Shown: positions 52,521-62,799, counted from the stretch's first letter. The stretch is 64,000 nt of DNA from Pirellulales bacterium (GCA_040901675.1 JBBDYJ010000038.1:192001-256000), one strand, 5' to 3'. Program-made: numbers and translations. Notes: a model not told the origin generated them from the sequence alone.

Positions 52521-54248
52521 TCAACTCGCCGGGAGAGCCGTTCGCCGGCGATCGACCAGGCCCGAAACGAGCAAACCGAGACAGGCGGCCAGGCAGGCGG
52601 CGGCCGGCCAATCGCCCCAGTGCAGATAGCGGCTCGACCGGCCGTCCAACCGGACGTCGGCCACGATAATGCCGGTGTCGCGGCGCGGCCCGCGGCGGAG
52701 GATTCGCCCGTCGGCGTCGATCCAGGCCGAGAATCCGGTATTGGCGGCGATCAAGAACGGCTTGCGGCACTCGACGGCCCGGAACACCGCGCAGGCCAGG
52801 TGCTGATCCAGTTCGCTGGAGCCCCAAAACCAGCCGTCGTTGGTCAGGTTCACCAGCACGTCGGGCTCCTGGCCTCGGCGGGCAAGCATGGCCACCTGGC
52901 TGCGGATGAAATGGGGCACCGTGCTCTCGAAGCAGATGTTGGCCGCCAGCCGAGTGGAACCGAGATCGAACGCTTCGGGCTGTCCGCCGGCGTCCAGACC
53001 TCCGCCCAGCGGCGTCAGCTTGTACAGCCATGGGAAGTGGTTGGCCAAGGGAACAAACTCGCCGAACATCACGCGGTGCATTTTGTCGTACCGGGGTCCA
53101 AGGCGGCCGCCGCGGTCGATGAACAGTGCCGAGTTGTAGCGCCTGGCGGCATCCGAATCGAAGTGCAGCGTGTCCAGCCCCAGCAGCAGCGGCGCGCCGA
53201 GCAGCAATGCCTGGCTTTCGATCAACGCCTGGCGTTGGGCCACGAGGCGATCGAACGACTCGCGTGAGCCCGTCCACTCGGCAGGCAAACGGGCGTCGGG
53301 GCCGGCCACGATGAACGGGTCGCGGAACATCGTCTCCGGCCAGACGATCAGGTCGAGATCCGGGTGCTGCCGGCCGGCCCGCCGCGACAACTCGAAGTAC
53401 TGGTCGTGGATCCGCTGGTGCTCGGTCGGATCATGCTTCATCTCGGTGTCGATCGAGCCCTGGATCAGCGCTACTTTCGGACCGGGGCGGGTCCGATCGT
53501 CACGCAGCCGCAGGTGGCCGTAGGCGAGTGCCGATCCGAGCACGACAGCCAGCGGCAAGAGCGGCCACAGCGCGGCGGCGCTCCAGCGGCGCGCAAGCCC
53601 GCCCACCGCATCGTCCAGCGGCACGATACGCGCGAGGCAGGCGGCCGAACACATCAGCACAAAGCTCACCGCGTAAGCGCCGGCCAGGTCCGAGATCTGG
53701 ATCAACTCCAGCCAGCGGTGCTGCGTGTGCGCCAGCCCAGCCATGCTGAAGCCGCTGAGCAAGCGGGCCTGCGCCAGCTCCAGTCCCACCCAAACCACCG
53801 GCGCCGCCAGCGCGACCGGACAGCGCCAGCGGTGGACCGCTACCCGCGACAGGCCCACGAACAGCGGCAGGTAAATCCCCAGGTACAGCGAAAGCGCCAC
53901 CCACCCCAGGCTGGTGGCCGGGTGAGGCAGGCGGAGCCAGTGCAGCGCGGCCAGCCAGAAACAACAGCCCGCCAGCCAGAGCGCAACGTATGGCCGGCGT
54001 CCAGTCAGGCTGCGGTGGCGGACCAGGATGAGCCAGGGAATCGGTGCCAGCCAGGCCAGCGGCCAGGCGTTCAGCGGGGGCTGTGCGGCCCACAGCAATC
54101 CGCTGCCGGCAAGTCCGTAGAGCAACGTGCGGCTCACGCGCGGGCCGCCGGAGCGGCCGGCGCGGCCATCAACCGCGGCCGGCTGGGTTGGCGAAGCATC
54201 GCCGTTGGGGATTCGCGGCCGCTTCGGTGAATTCTTGACGCTCGACAT
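52521..54248 (-). CDS. lnt: Apolipoprotein N-acyltransferase
   Basis: IVWPETMF, YDKMHRVMFGEFVP, NICFES, NLTNDGWF, FRAVE..ANTGFS. Confidence 0.93.
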   Translation of the reverse strand: MSSVKNSPKRPRIPNGDASPTQPAAVDGRAGRSGGPRVSRTLLYGLAGSGLLWAAQPPLNAWPLAWLAPIPWLILVRHRSLTGRRPYVALWLAGCCFWLAALHWLRLPHPATSLGWVALSLYLGIYLPLFVGLSRVAVHRWRCPVALAAPVVWVGLELAQARLLSGFSMAGLAHTQHRWLELIQISDLAGAYAVSFVLMCSAACLARIVPLDDAVGGLARRWSAAALWPLLPLAVVLGSALAYGHLRLRDDRTRPGPKVALIQGSIDTEMKHDPTEHQRIHDQYFELSRRAGRQHPDLDLIVWPETMFRDPFIVAGPDARLPAEWTGSRESFDRLVAQRQALIESQALLLGAPLLLGLDTLHFDSDAARRYNSALFIDRGGRLGPRYDKMHRVMFGEFVPLANHFPWLYKLTPLGGGLDAGGQPEAFDLGSTRLAANICFESTVPHFIRSQVAMLARRGQEPDVLVNLTNDGWFWGSSELDQHLACAVFRAVECRKPFLIAANTGFSAWIDADGRILRRGPRRDTGIIVADVRLDGRSSRYLHWGDWPAAACLAACLGLLVSGLVDRRRTALPAS

Positions 54249-54302
54249 GGTCTTAGGAAGGGCGGTCTTAGGAAGGGCGAGACTCGACCCTGGTCCAAAC
54301 TT

Positions 54303-55529
54303 CTATTCGAGCAGGTACACGTCCAAACGGGAACCCGCCTCGTGGGTGCGGTCGCCAGCGGGGAAACATACCAGCGCGTCGGCCTCGACCAACCCCAATA
54401 GATCGGCCGATCCGTGCCAGGCGACCGGCTCGACCTCGTCGCCATCCGGTCCGGGTTTCAGCCGGGCCGGGTGATAGGTGGGCCGCTCGCCGCGATGCAC
54501 GTGGCGGGTTGCCAGCCGGGCGGTCGTTCGCTTGGGTCCTCGTTTCTGCCTGCCGGCGAGCCGCTCGATGGCCGGCCTTACGAACAGCTCGAAGCACACC
54601 AGGCTGCTGACCGGGTTGCCCGGCAGCCCGAAGACAAGCTTGTCGAATCCCTCGACGTTGGCCACGCCAAACCACAGCGGCTTGCCCGGCTTGAGCCGCA
54701 CTTTGTGAAACACCTGCTCAACCCCCAGCTCCGCAAGCACCCGAGGCACCAGGTCCAGTACCCCGGCCGACACGCCTCCGGACAACACCAGCACGTCGGC
54801 GGCAAGACCCTGCTGAATCAGCCGGCGAAGCTCGTCGGGATCGTCGCGGCCCACGCCCAAATCCACCGGTTCGGCGCCGACCCGCCGCGCGGCAGCCAAG
54901 AGCATGGGCCCGTTGCTGTTGCGGATCTGCCCCGCCGCGGGCAAATCGACGGGCGGTACGAGCTCGTTGCCGGTCGGCAGGACGGCCACCGTCGACCGGG
55001 GAACGGCTTGCACTTCGACCCGGCCCACTTCGCACAAGAGCCCGATTTCGACGGCCCGCAGCAGGTGGCCGGGGCCGAGCACCGCTTGCCCGCGCCGCAA
55101 GGAGGTGCCGCGGCGCATGATGTTTTGACCCGGCCGCACCTGGGAGCCCCGCAGCAGGACGCGTTCGACACCGCCATCCGGGCGAGGAAGCACCTGGGCA
55201 TTCTCGACCATCACCACGGCGTCGGCCCCCGGCGGCAACGGCGCGCCGGTCATGAGCCGCGTTGCCTGACCCGGTGCCACGTGCCGCGTGGGAACCGCTC
55301 CGGCCACCACTTCCTCGATCACCTCCAGACGGGCTTCACCCCCGGCCAGGTCGGCGGCCACCACGGCGTAGCCATCGACGACCGACTTGTCGTGCGGCGG
55401 AGAGTCGACGTCGCTGGTTACCTCCTCGGCGAGCACCAGGCCCAGGGCGTCGGCCACCGGCGTTATCTCGGCGGGTCGCGGGCGGGCGCGAGCCAGCACA
55501 CGATCGAGCGCTTCTTCGACGGTGATCAT
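54303..55529 (-). CDS. moeA: Molybdopterin molybdotransferase
   Basis: SVVDGYA, MTGAPLPPGADAVVMVE, TGNEL, SGGVSAG, KPGKP, LPGNPVS; ATGA overlap with the upstream gene. Confidence 0.95.
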   Translation of the reverse strand: MITVEEALDRVLARARPRPAEITPVADALGLVLAEEVTSDVDSPPHDKSVVDGYAVVAADLAGGEARLEVIEEVVAGAVPTRHVAPGQATRLMTGAPLPPGADAVVMVENAQVLPRPDGGVERVLLRGSQVRPGQNIMRRGTSLRRGQAVLGPGHLLRAVEIGLLCEVGRVEVQAVPRSTVAVLPTGNELVPPVDLPAAGQIRNSNGPMLLAAARRVGAEPVDLGVGRDDPDELRRLIQQGLAADVLVLSGGVSAGVLDLVPRVLAELGVEQVFHKVRLKPGKPLWFGVANVEGFDKLVFGLPGNPVSSLVCFELFVRPAIERLAGRQKRGPKRTTARLATRHVHRGERPTYHPARLKPGPDGDEVEPVAWHGSADLLGLVEADALVCFPAGDRTHEAGSRLDVYLLE

Positions 55530-56116
55530 GAATTGCCAAGGGACAGGAAGTTTTTCAGTATGTCCGGCCCCCGCTGGGTGAGGAAGCTCTCGGGGTGGAA
55601 CTGGACGCCGTGCAGGGGAAAGCTTCGGTGGCGTATGCCCATGATCTCGCGGCCACCGTCCGGCGCATCGCACCAGGCCGAGACGATGAACTCGTCGGCC
55701 AGCGTGCCCGGTTCGATGATCAGGCTGTGGTAGCGGGTGGCCTGGAATGGGTTTTCCAGTCCCGCGAAGAGTCCTAGGCCATCGTGGTGGATCATGTCGG
55801 TCTTGCCGTGCATCAGCCGCTTGGCGCGGACGATGTTGCCGCCGAAAGCATGGCCGATGGACTGATGACCCAGGCAGACGCCCAGGATCGGCACCTGGGC
55901 GGCGAAGCGGCTCACGCAGTCGCAGGAGATGCCTGCCTCGCGTGGCGTACACGGCCCCGGGGAGATGATCAGATGCGAGGGCTTCCGCCGGGCGATCTCG
56001 TCGAGCGTGATCTGGTCGTTGCGATGAACTTCGAGTTCCACCTGCGGATCGATTTCACCGAGGCGCTGGACCAGGTTGTAGGTAAAGGAGTCGTAGTTGT
56101 CGATCAGCAGGATCAT
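55526..56116 (-). CDS. Anthranilate/aminodeoxychorismate synthase component II (TrpG/PabA)
   Basis: LIDNYDSFTYNL, SPGPCTP, GVCLGHQ, TRYHSL, GVQFHPES. Confidence 0.95.
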   Translation of the reverse strand: MILLIDNYDSFTYNLVQRLGEIDPQVELEVHRNDQITLDEIARRKPSHLIISPGPCTPREAGISCDCVSRFAAQVPILGVCLGHQSIGHAFGGNIVRAKRLMHGKTDMIHHDGLGLFAGLENPFQATRYHSLIIEPGTLADEFIVSAWCDAPDGGREIMGIRHRSFPLHGVQFHPESFLTQRGPDILKNFLSLGNS

Positions 56117-56200
56117 CGCCGACCCGTTCGAACATCGCCATCTGGGCCCTTCAGCAGTCTAGCAGGGGGGCGGGAGGCGGGTGAAGGGCGGCTCCTCCTT

Positions 56201-56276
56201 GTGCGGCTGCTTGGATCCGTGTGCCACTGCTTGGATCCGTGTGCCACTGCTTGGAGCGGCCGCCCTGCAGTGGCAC
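56201..56276 (+). repeat. GTGC-type REP tandem (three 20-bp units)
   Basis: GTGCGGCTGCTTGGATCCGT, GTGCCACTGCTTGGATCCGT, GTGCCACTGCTTGGAGCGGCCGCC..GCAGTGGCAC. Confidence 0.8.
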
Positions 56277-56292
56277 AAAGCGGCACGGACTG

Positions 56293-56613
56293 TCAGGCTG
56301 CCGGCTTGCGCAGCGGCACGAGCCGTTCGCCGGACGGCACGAGCGACGTGATTCGAATGCCGAACTTGCCGCCTACCGTGACCGCCTCACCTTCGGCCAC
56401 TCGCTGGTTGCCGACCCGCATTTCGAGCATCTCCCGGCACGACTTGTCGAACTGGATGATCGATCCCGGAGCCAGCTCGACAATCCGGCCGATCGGCTGC
56501 TTTTTCCAAGCCAAAGTCGCCGTGACCGGCACCTGGATCCTCAACAGCCCGCGCGAATAGGCGGGCAGCTCGGCAAGGCCCTTTGTTTCGTAAGTGGCTG
56601 GTGTTGCTGGCAT
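56293..56613 (-). CDS. FliM/FliN C-terminal (SpoA) domain protein
   Basis: LLRIQVPVTATLA..IVELAPGSIIQF..VAEGEAVTVGGKFGIRITS. Confidence 0.85.
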   Translation of the reverse strand: MPATPATYETKGLAELPAYSRGLLRIQVPVTATLAWKKQPIGRIVELAPGSIIQFDKSCREMLEMRVGNQRVAEGEAVTVGGKFGIRITSLVPSGERLVPLRKPAA

Positions 56614-56864
56614 GGCTCGATTTGCGGGCAAACAGGCTCCTCGACGGTGCTGGCGGCCGTAATCTTTCATATCGGGCGGAACGACCCCTAAACTTTGCCT
56701 GGCTTCCATTTCACCATCCAGGACCCGGCAAGCGCGAGCTGCCTTGCGGCGGCGCCCGCCAAACTTTGTTCGGCGGACTTTTGGCGCATATACTTGTCTA
56801 TCGGCCTTCGGCATGTTGGGCCGGCGGCGGCCACGACTTTTCTTCCCACGAGCACATGAGAGCT

Positions 56865-58010
56865 ATGAGCACTGTTGCCGACCGGGGGCTGGCGCCCACC
56901 TTGGAGCTGGCTCCCTACAAGTCGCTGGACAACCAGGAGCTCCAGGAGCGGATCGCCGCCGTCCGTGCGCAGCTCGGCCCCCGACTGCTGATCCTCGGCC
57001 ACCATTACCAGCAGGACGAGGTGATCGCCCTGGCCGATCTCACGGGCGACAGCTACCAGCTCAGCCAGATGGCGGCCGACAGCGGCGACTGCCGGGCCAT
57101 TGCCTTCTGCGGCGTGCACTTCATGGCCGAAACGGCCGACGTCCTGGCCAACCGCCCCGAACGCCTGGCCGAGCGCAACGGCGAGCGCGTCACGGTTGTG
57201 CTGCCCGACATGGCGGCCGGCTGCTCGATGGCCGACATGGCCGGCATCGACCAGGTCGAGTCATGCTGGGACGAGTTGGGGCAGGTGCTCGATACCTCGG
57301 ACATCACGCCGGTGACCTATATCAATTCGGCCGCCAGCCTGAAGGCTTTCTGCGGCCGGCACGGCGGCATCGTTTGCACTTCGAGCAACGCGGCCGCGGT
57401 GCTCCAGTGGGCGCTGCGGCGGACCAGCCGGGTGCTGTTTTTTCCCGACCAGCATTTGGGGCGCAACACGGCCTACGACCTGGGCATCCCGCTGGAACAG
57501 ATGCCGGTCTGGAATCCGCATGCCGATGAGCTGGGCGGCAACACCGAACAGGCCCTTCTCGACAGCAAGGTGCTGCTATGGCGGGGCCATTGCAGCGTAC
57601 ACGCCATGTTCCGGCCCGAGCACGTGGATCAGTTCCGGCAGAAGTTTCCAGGCATCAAGATCCTGGTGCACCCCGAGTGCCGGCGCGACGTGGTCGCCAA
57701 GGCCGACGTGTATGGCTCGACCGGCAAGATTATCCGCGAGGTCGCGGCCTCGCCGGCGGGCACGCAATGGGCGATCGGAACCGAGCTGCACCTGGTCGAG
57801 CGGCTGAAGAAGGAGCATCCCGATCAGCAGATCCACTTCCTCTCGCCGGTGGTCTGCATGTGCGCCACGATGTACCGCATCGACCTGGCTCACCTTTGCT
57901 GGAGCCTGGAGAACCTGGCCGCCGGCACGCCGGTGAACGTGATCGAGGTCGACGACGACACCGCCCGCTGGTCGCTCGTCGCGCTGGAGCGCATGCTCCA
58001 GGTGAAGTAG
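56865..58010 (+). CDS. nadA: Quinolinate synthase
   Basis: LGHHYQ, GDSYQL, FCGVHFMAETA, AGCSMA, TYINS, CTSSNA, VHPEC, CATM. Confidence 0.96.
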   Translation: MSTVADRGLAPTLELAPYKSLDNQELQERIAAVRAQLGPRLLILGHHYQQDEVIALADLTGDSYQLSQMAADSGDCRAIAFCGVHFMAETADVLANRPERLAERNGERVTVVLPDMAAGCSMADMAGIDQVESCWDELGQVLDTSDITPVTYINSAASLKAFCGRHGGIVCTSSNAAAVLQWALRRTSRVLFFPDQHLGRNTAYDLGIPLEQMPVWNPHADELGGNTEQALLDSKVLLWRGHCSVHAMFRPEHVDQFRQKFPGIKILVHPECRRDVVAKADVYGSTGKIIREVAASPAGTQWAIGTELHLVERLKKEHPDQQIHFLSPVVCMCATMYRIDLAHLCWSLENLAAGTPVNVIEVDDDTARWSLVALERMLQVK

Positions 58011-58101
58011 TAGAACGGAATTTATTCCGTTTCGAGGCGAGGCAGGATACGGAATGAATTCCGTCTACGGTAAGGCACAAACGGAATGAATTCCGTTCTA
58101 C
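58010..58101. repeat. Three GTAG-type REPs between convergent genes
   Basis: GTAGAACGGAATTTATTCCGTT at 58010; inverted copies 58049-58068 and 58080-58101. Confidence 0.85.
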
Positions 58102-58103
58102 TT

Positions 58104-59141
58104 CTATTTGGCGTCGACGCGGCGGCACCAGGCGATCTTGTCCGCCGTCGTGGTGGGCAGCGAACCGGCGGCCGCGGGCGGACTGGGCTTCTTGGCCGCC
58201 TGTGGTGAGACCGCTTCGGCAGCTTCAGCTTCGCCGGCCGTATCGCCGGCGGGCTCCGGCGCGGCAACGGCCGATCCGATGGTCTCGCCGGTCTCGTCGG
58301 CAGCGGATCCGTTGGTCTCGTCGGCCATCTGCTCCCCGTCGCCCGAAGCCTCGTCGGCCGCAACCTCTTCCGCCGGTGCTTCGGCTGGTGGGGTCTTGGG
58401 CTGCTGGCCCGCGCGGGCGGCCGCCAGGATATCAGCGGTTGAGAGCTTGGCCTTGGCTGCCGATGCGGCGGTCTTGGGTGTGGCGGTCTCGGGCTTGCCC
58501 GCGGATGCCGGTTTCGCGGGAGCTGGTTTGACGGAGGCCGGTTTGGCGGCTGCCTCCGCCCCAGCTTGGGGGGCGGGGGGTTGTGCCGCGGTCTTGCCGG
58601 CTCGCGCCGCCGCCAGGATATCCGCCGTGCTCTTGGGTTTCGCGACGGGCGCCGCCTGCGCGGCGGCCTTCGGGGTGCGAGCGGCGGCCAGGATCTCGGC
58701 CGTGCTCTTGGTCTTGCCGGCCGTGCTCTTGGTCTTGTCGGCCGGCGCAGTCTTTTCGGCCGAAGGGGTTGCCGGCGCGGACGGTTTCTTGGCAGCACCT
58801 TGCAGGCGGGCCATTTCCAGCGGCGAAAGTTTCTTTTCGGCCGGAGCCGCCGTTTCAGCGACCGGTTTTGCCTTGGCGGGCGCTGGTTTGGCTGCCGGCT
58901 TTTCCGCCTTCTCCGCCGGCTTCGGCGGCGGCTTGTCGACCACCTTCAGGTAGTCCAGCTCAATGTCGTACCAGCCGGTGTTGTTGTAGGCGTCGAACTC
59001 GACCAGCGCCCGGCCGCTCATGTTGACGGTCTTGACCTGACCCGTCTGGCCGCGGAACCGCGCCAGGTCCGGCCGGTTCGGGTCGACGACCACGTACTTA
59101 TCGGTGTAACTGCGCTTCAGCTCTTCGATCCGTTCGAACAT
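58104..59141 (-). CDS. Small beta-barrel-like N-domain with an Ala/Lys/Pro-rich tail carrying STA(D/E)ILAAAR repeats
   Basis: Globular first ~70 aa, then low-complexity tail with three repeats. Confidence 0.8.
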   Translation of the reverse strand: MFERIEELKRSYTDKYVVVDPNRPDLARFRGQTGQVKTVNMSGRALVEFDAYNNTGWYDIELDYLKVVDKPPPKPAEKAEKPAAKPAPAKAKPVAETAAPAEKKLSPLEMARLQGAAKKPSAPATPSAEKTAPADKTKSTAGKTKSTAEILAAARTPKAAAQAAPVAKPKSTADILAAARAGKTAAQPPAPQAGAEAAAKPASVKPAPAKPASAGKPETATPKTAASAAKAKLSTADILAAARAGQQPKTPPAEAPAEEVAADEASGDGEQMADETNGSAADETGETIGSAVAAPEPAGDTAGEAEAAEAVSPQAAKKPSPPAAAGSLPTTTADKIAWCRRVDAK

Positions 59142-59218
59142 CAAGCGACTTGCTCCACTGGCGACCCGCTGCCGTGCCCCTCGTAAACCTCGGATTCTGC
59201 TCGATGCGGGCCCCAAAA

Positions 59219-59461
59219 TCAAGGCGTCCACATATCGCGAGTGAAGCGCTGGATCCCTTCGATACTCTCAATCTTCTTCACCAAGAACGGCTTCAGGCCG
59301 AACCTTTCATAGCCTGCCTGCAGTGCGTCCTCGTAGGTTTCCCAAATCCCGGCGATATCGCGCTGCGAAATGAGTACGAACTTCCCTTCGCCCTTGGCAA
59401 CGAGCTCGTCCTTGTGGGCTTCGTAAGTTTGCAATTCCGTTTTCAATACGTCCGTGGCCAT
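59219..59461 (-). CDS. DUF5678-like small protein
   Basis: ELQTYEAHKDELV..EGKFVLI..WETYEDALQAGYERFGLKPFLVKKI. Confidence 0.7.
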   Translation of the reverse strand: MATDVLKTELQTYEAHKDELVAKGEGKFVLISQRDIAGIWETYEDALQAGYERFGLKPFLVKKIESIEGIQRFTRDMWTP

Positions 59462-59712
59462 GATTCGCCTCTTGGTAGTCCTGACGGTTCCAACCGGCTA
59501 ACTCACTTCTACCTTATCGGCCTTTCCGAAGGCAAACCAAGCGTGCACCGCGCCCGCAATGCCGTTCTCGTCGGGCACGCGGTAAAATGAAGCGATGGCG
59601 AGACGGTGCCACAACTGCGGTCGGACGAACTGGCGGGAGCAGCCATACGAGCGCACCTGGGACGTGGCATGCCTTTGGTGCCGTCACCCGCTGTGGCTGT
59701 GGCCGGGACGCC

Positions 59713-60480
59713 TCAAGTCGGCCCCATCCGTAGCCCGCCGTCGAGCCGGATCACTTCGCCGTTGAGCATCGGGTTCTCGATGATCGCCTCAACCAGCAAG
59801 GCGAACTCTTCGGGCCGGCCGAGCCGGGGCGGAAACGGAACCTGCTTGGCCAGCGACTCGCGCACTTCGTCGCTCAAGCTCCCCATCAGCGGCGTGTCGA
59901 AGACGCCCGGCGCAATAGCCACGACTCGGATGCCGTGGCTGGCCAGCTCGCGGGCGATCGGCAGCGTCATCCCCGCCACGCCCGCTTTCGAAGCCGCGTA
60001 AGCCGCCTGGCCAATCTGGCCTTCATAAGCCGCCACCGACGAGGTCGTGATGATCACGCCCCGCTCGCCTTCGCTGTCCGGCGCACCGGCGGCCAGCGCG
60101 GCCGCCGCCAGCCTCAGCACGTTGAACGTGCCGGCGAGATTCACGTCAACGACCTGCCGGAACAGCGCCAGGTCGTGCGGCCCGGACCGGCCCAGCACCC
60201 GCGCGCCGGCCACCACCCCGGCGCAGTGGACGGCTCCCGCCAGGCCGCCCGGCATCGTCTGGGCCGCCGCGATGGCCCGCTCGACGGTTTCGCTCTCGGT
60301 GACGTCGGCCTCAACGAAGGTCGCGGCGTCGCCCAGTTCAGCAGCCAGTGCCTCGCCCAGTTGGACATTGCGATCGGCCACCACCACCCGCGCCCGCTGG
60401 TCGACCAGCCGCCGGGCGCAGGCCGCCCCAAGGCCCGAAGCGCCGCCGGTGACAAGGAATGTGCGGCCCTCGATTTGCAT
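59713..60480 (-). CDS. SDR, 3-hydroxyacyl-CoA dehydrogenase type II-like
   Basis: [46 protein letters not shown]. Confidence 0.92.
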   Translation of the reverse strand: MQIEGRTFLVTGGASGLGAACARRLVDQRARVVVADRNVQLGEALAAELGDAATFVEADVTESETVERAIAAAQTMPGGLAGAVHCAGVVAGARVLGRSGPHDLALFRQVVDVNLAGTFNVLRLAAAALAAGAPDSEGERGVIITTSSVAAYEGQIGQAAYAASKAGVAGMTLPIARELASHGIRVVAIAPGVFDTPLMGSLSDEVRESLAKQVPFPPRLGRPEEFALLVEAIIENPMLNGEVIRLDGGLRMGPT

Positions 60481-60819
60481 GGCTGCGCCGAGTAGATGGG
60501 TTCTCGCGGGTGGCGGCGCGACGCCGCGAACGGTTCACTGCGCCCCCAAGAATCGTTCTATCAAACCCGTTCCCCAGCCAACAGGCCGACCGGGTGGCCG
60601 CCCCAAGCGATGTTTCGCCAAAGCACTGTACGGCGCGGGATTTAGACGCTATACTTTGGGCGGTTGGTTCGTGAACGAGTACGAGCTGGCGCCGGTTCCC
60701 GTGGAATCCGCACTCCGTTGCCGCTATCGAGCTTCCCACCTTTGGCCATGATGTTGGCCCTTTCTTTTGACCCGGAAAGCGAAAAGCGGGTCGTCACGCC
60801 CTCGTACAGGAGATCTACG

Positions 60820-61173
60820 GTGGGCAAGAAGTTGTATGTCGGGAATCTGAGCTATAACGTCAGCAGCTCCGATTTGGAACAAATGTTTTCCCAGTTCGGC
60901 AGCGTGCAAAGCGCTCAGGTCATTCAGGACCGCGACACCGGACGCAGCAAGGGCTTCGGTTTTGTGGAGATGGGCAACGACCAGGAGGCTCAAGCGGCCA
61001 TCCGCGGCCTGCACGAGCAGGAACACGACGGCCGTCCGCTCACCGTCAACGAGGCCCGTCCGCGCGAGGAGCGTGGCGGCGGAGGAGGAGGATACGGCGG
61101 GGGTGGTGGCGGTCGCGGCGGCCGGGGCGGCGGGGGTGGTGGTCGCGGCGGCCGGGGCGGCGGGCGATACTAG
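60820..61173 (+). CDS. RRM RNA-binding protein with a Gly/Arg-rich tail
   Basis: LYVGNL (RNP2), KGFGFVEM (RNP1), RGG tail; GTG start after AGGAG. Confidence 0.95.
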   Translation: MGKKLYVGNLSYNVSSSDLEQMFSQFGSVQSAQVIQDRDTGRSKGFGFVEMGNDQEAQAAIRGLHEQEHDGRPLTVNEARPREERGGGGGGYGGGGGGRGGRGGGGGGRGGRGGGRY

Positions 61174-61340
61174 TCGCCTGGATCGACAGCGGGTCAGGCG
61201 GCCGGCGGCCGGCTCTTGCCGAGCAGCGGGCCGTGGCCTCCGCTTATTGTCTTTGGAATTGTCGTAGAAAGCCGTCGGGGTCGCAGAAAGCCGCGGGCCC
61301 GAACGTCGCCCGTTGGGCGGCCACGCGCCGAAAACGTCTT

Positions 61341-61369
61341 GAAGGCCACGCAAGTGGCCTTCTTTTTTT
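61341..61369 (+). terminator. Rho-independent terminator
   Basis: GAAGGCCAC-GCAA-GTGGCCTTC plus T7. Confidence 0.85.
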
Positions 61370-61400
61370 GGCCGCGGCCCGCCGGGCGGTGGGTTGCACT

Positions 61401-61430
61401 TTGCCTTCGGCTGCCGAGGCAACCTATAAT
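61401..61430 (+). promoter_or_regulatory. Sigma70-type promoter overlapped by an inverted repeat
   Basis: TTGCCT-18 bp-TATAAT; TTGCCTTCGGC/GCCGAGGCAA dyad. Confidence 0.55.
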
Positions 61431-61481
61431 GGCAGCGCGGCCGGCTTCGGCGATCCACCACGCCCACGGAGACGTTCACCG

Positions 61482-62153
61482 ATGAAACTGGGACTTAGCT
61501 GTGCGCTCGTCGTCTTGTTGGCCTGGAACTCATGGTCGGTGGCCGCGGAGCATCGTGTCGAACGGCTCGAGTCGCCTCCTCCGGAGGGAATCGCACCGGC
61601 CATCGCCGAGCAGCTTGCCTCGACCGGCTTCAAGGTGCTGCGGGGAGAGAATCGGACCGTTTGCGAGATCTGGCCGGCCAAGCAGTGGCCCGTCAAGGCC
61701 GACTTCAGTCCGTCCGGCACGGTGCTGTACCCGTTCGAGATGGGGCAGTTGATGGGCGCCATCCGCTATCCGCGCAAGGGCGAGGACTTCCGGGGGCAGG
61801 AAATCGCCTCCGGCGTCTACATCTTGCGGTACGCTCAGCAGCCGGTCGACGGCAACCACGTCGGCACCTCGGACACCCGCGATTTTCTGCTGCTGCTGCC
61901 GGCCGAAGACGATACCAGCCCGGCGCCCGTGGCCAAGGACGAGCTGTTCGAGTTGAGCGCCAAAGCGGCCGGCACCACGCATCCGGCCATGCTGAGCCTG
62001 TTGGCGGCCGGGGAGGGCGAGTCGCTGCCGGCCATGACCCACAACATGGATCGCGACTTGTGGAGCCTGCGGTTTGCCAACCAGACCGACGCCGAAGGCC
62101 AAGAGAGCAAGTTGGTGATCGAGCTGGTGGTCGTGGGCACCGCACCCGAATAG
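61482..62153 (+). CDS. Secreted hypothetical protein
   Basis: Signal peptide; DFRGQEI..GVYILRYAQQPVDGNHVG..RDFLLL, GTTHPAML. Confidence 0.8.
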   Translation: MKLGLSCALVVLLAWNSWSVAAEHRVERLESPPPEGIAPAIAEQLASTGFKVLRGENRTVCEIWPAKQWPVKADFSPSGTVLYPFEMGQLMGAIRYPRKGEDFRGQEIASGVYILRYAQQPVDGNHVGTSDTRDFLLLLPAEDDTSPAPVAKDELFELSAKAAGTTHPAMLSLLAAGEGESLPAMTHNMDRDLWSLRFANQTDAEGQESKLVIELVVVGTAPE

Positions 62154-62166
62154 AACGATCCTACCG

Positions 62167-62799
62167 ATGCATCGGCCCTTCACCGGTTTGGCACTGTTGG
62201 CCCTGGGGTGCGGCCTGGCGATGGCAGCCCAGCCCGCCGGCGCCCCTTCCGACGCGCCAACAGCGCGGGCGACCGAACCGCGAGCCGCGTCCGGCTCAAA
62301 GGGCACGTCTTCCAAAGGCAGCGCTTCCAAGAGCAGGGCAAAGTACAGCACCGTAGCGATCCGCGGGCGAGTCGTCTGGCTGGCCGACGCCCTGCGCGAG
62401 CGCTTCGGGGTTGCAACCGACGCCGACGCCCAGAAAGCGGCCGTCGCGCTCGAGACCCCCGAAGGGGAACTCCACCCGATCGTCAAGGATTTTCGCGGGC
62501 GAGGCTTTCACCTCGATCCGCAACTACACGAGCTGGACCTCGAGTTGCTGGTGCGCCGCTACCACGGTTCGCCCATGGTCCAGGTGGTCAGGGTCTATTC
62601 GTTGAAGCCCGACGGCAAATGCGAGCTCGACTACTGGTGCGACATCTGCTCGATCCCGATGTACGAGCTCAAGGAGTGCGAGTGCTGCCAGGGCCCGATC
62701 CGTCTTCGCGAGCGTCCCGTTGACGCCGGCAAGAATTCAGATCACGATGGGCCGGATCATGATGGGCCGCAACCCGGCTCAGCGAGCGACGGCCGTTGA
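62167..62799 (+). CDS. Secreted protein with a C-terminal CxxC-x8-CxCC cluster
   Basis: [22 protein letters not shown]. Confidence 0.8.
   Translation: MHRPFTGLALLALGCGLAMAAQPAGAPSDAPTARATEPRAASGSKGTSSKGSASKSRAKYSTVAIRGRVVWLADALRERFGVATDADAQKAAVALETPEGELHPIVKDFRGRGFHLDPQLHELDLELLVRRYHGSPMVQVVRVYSLKPDGKCELDYWCDICSIPMYELKECECCQGPIRLRERPVDAGKNSDHDGPDHDGPQPGSASDGR

Noticed and set aside
54250..54278. Short tandem duplication GTCTTAGGAAGGGCG upstream of lnt
   Set aside because: Only two copies and no recurrence; likely slippage
56201..56276. CRISPR mini-array
   Set aside because: Directly tandem 20-mers without spacers; they match the RAYT REP
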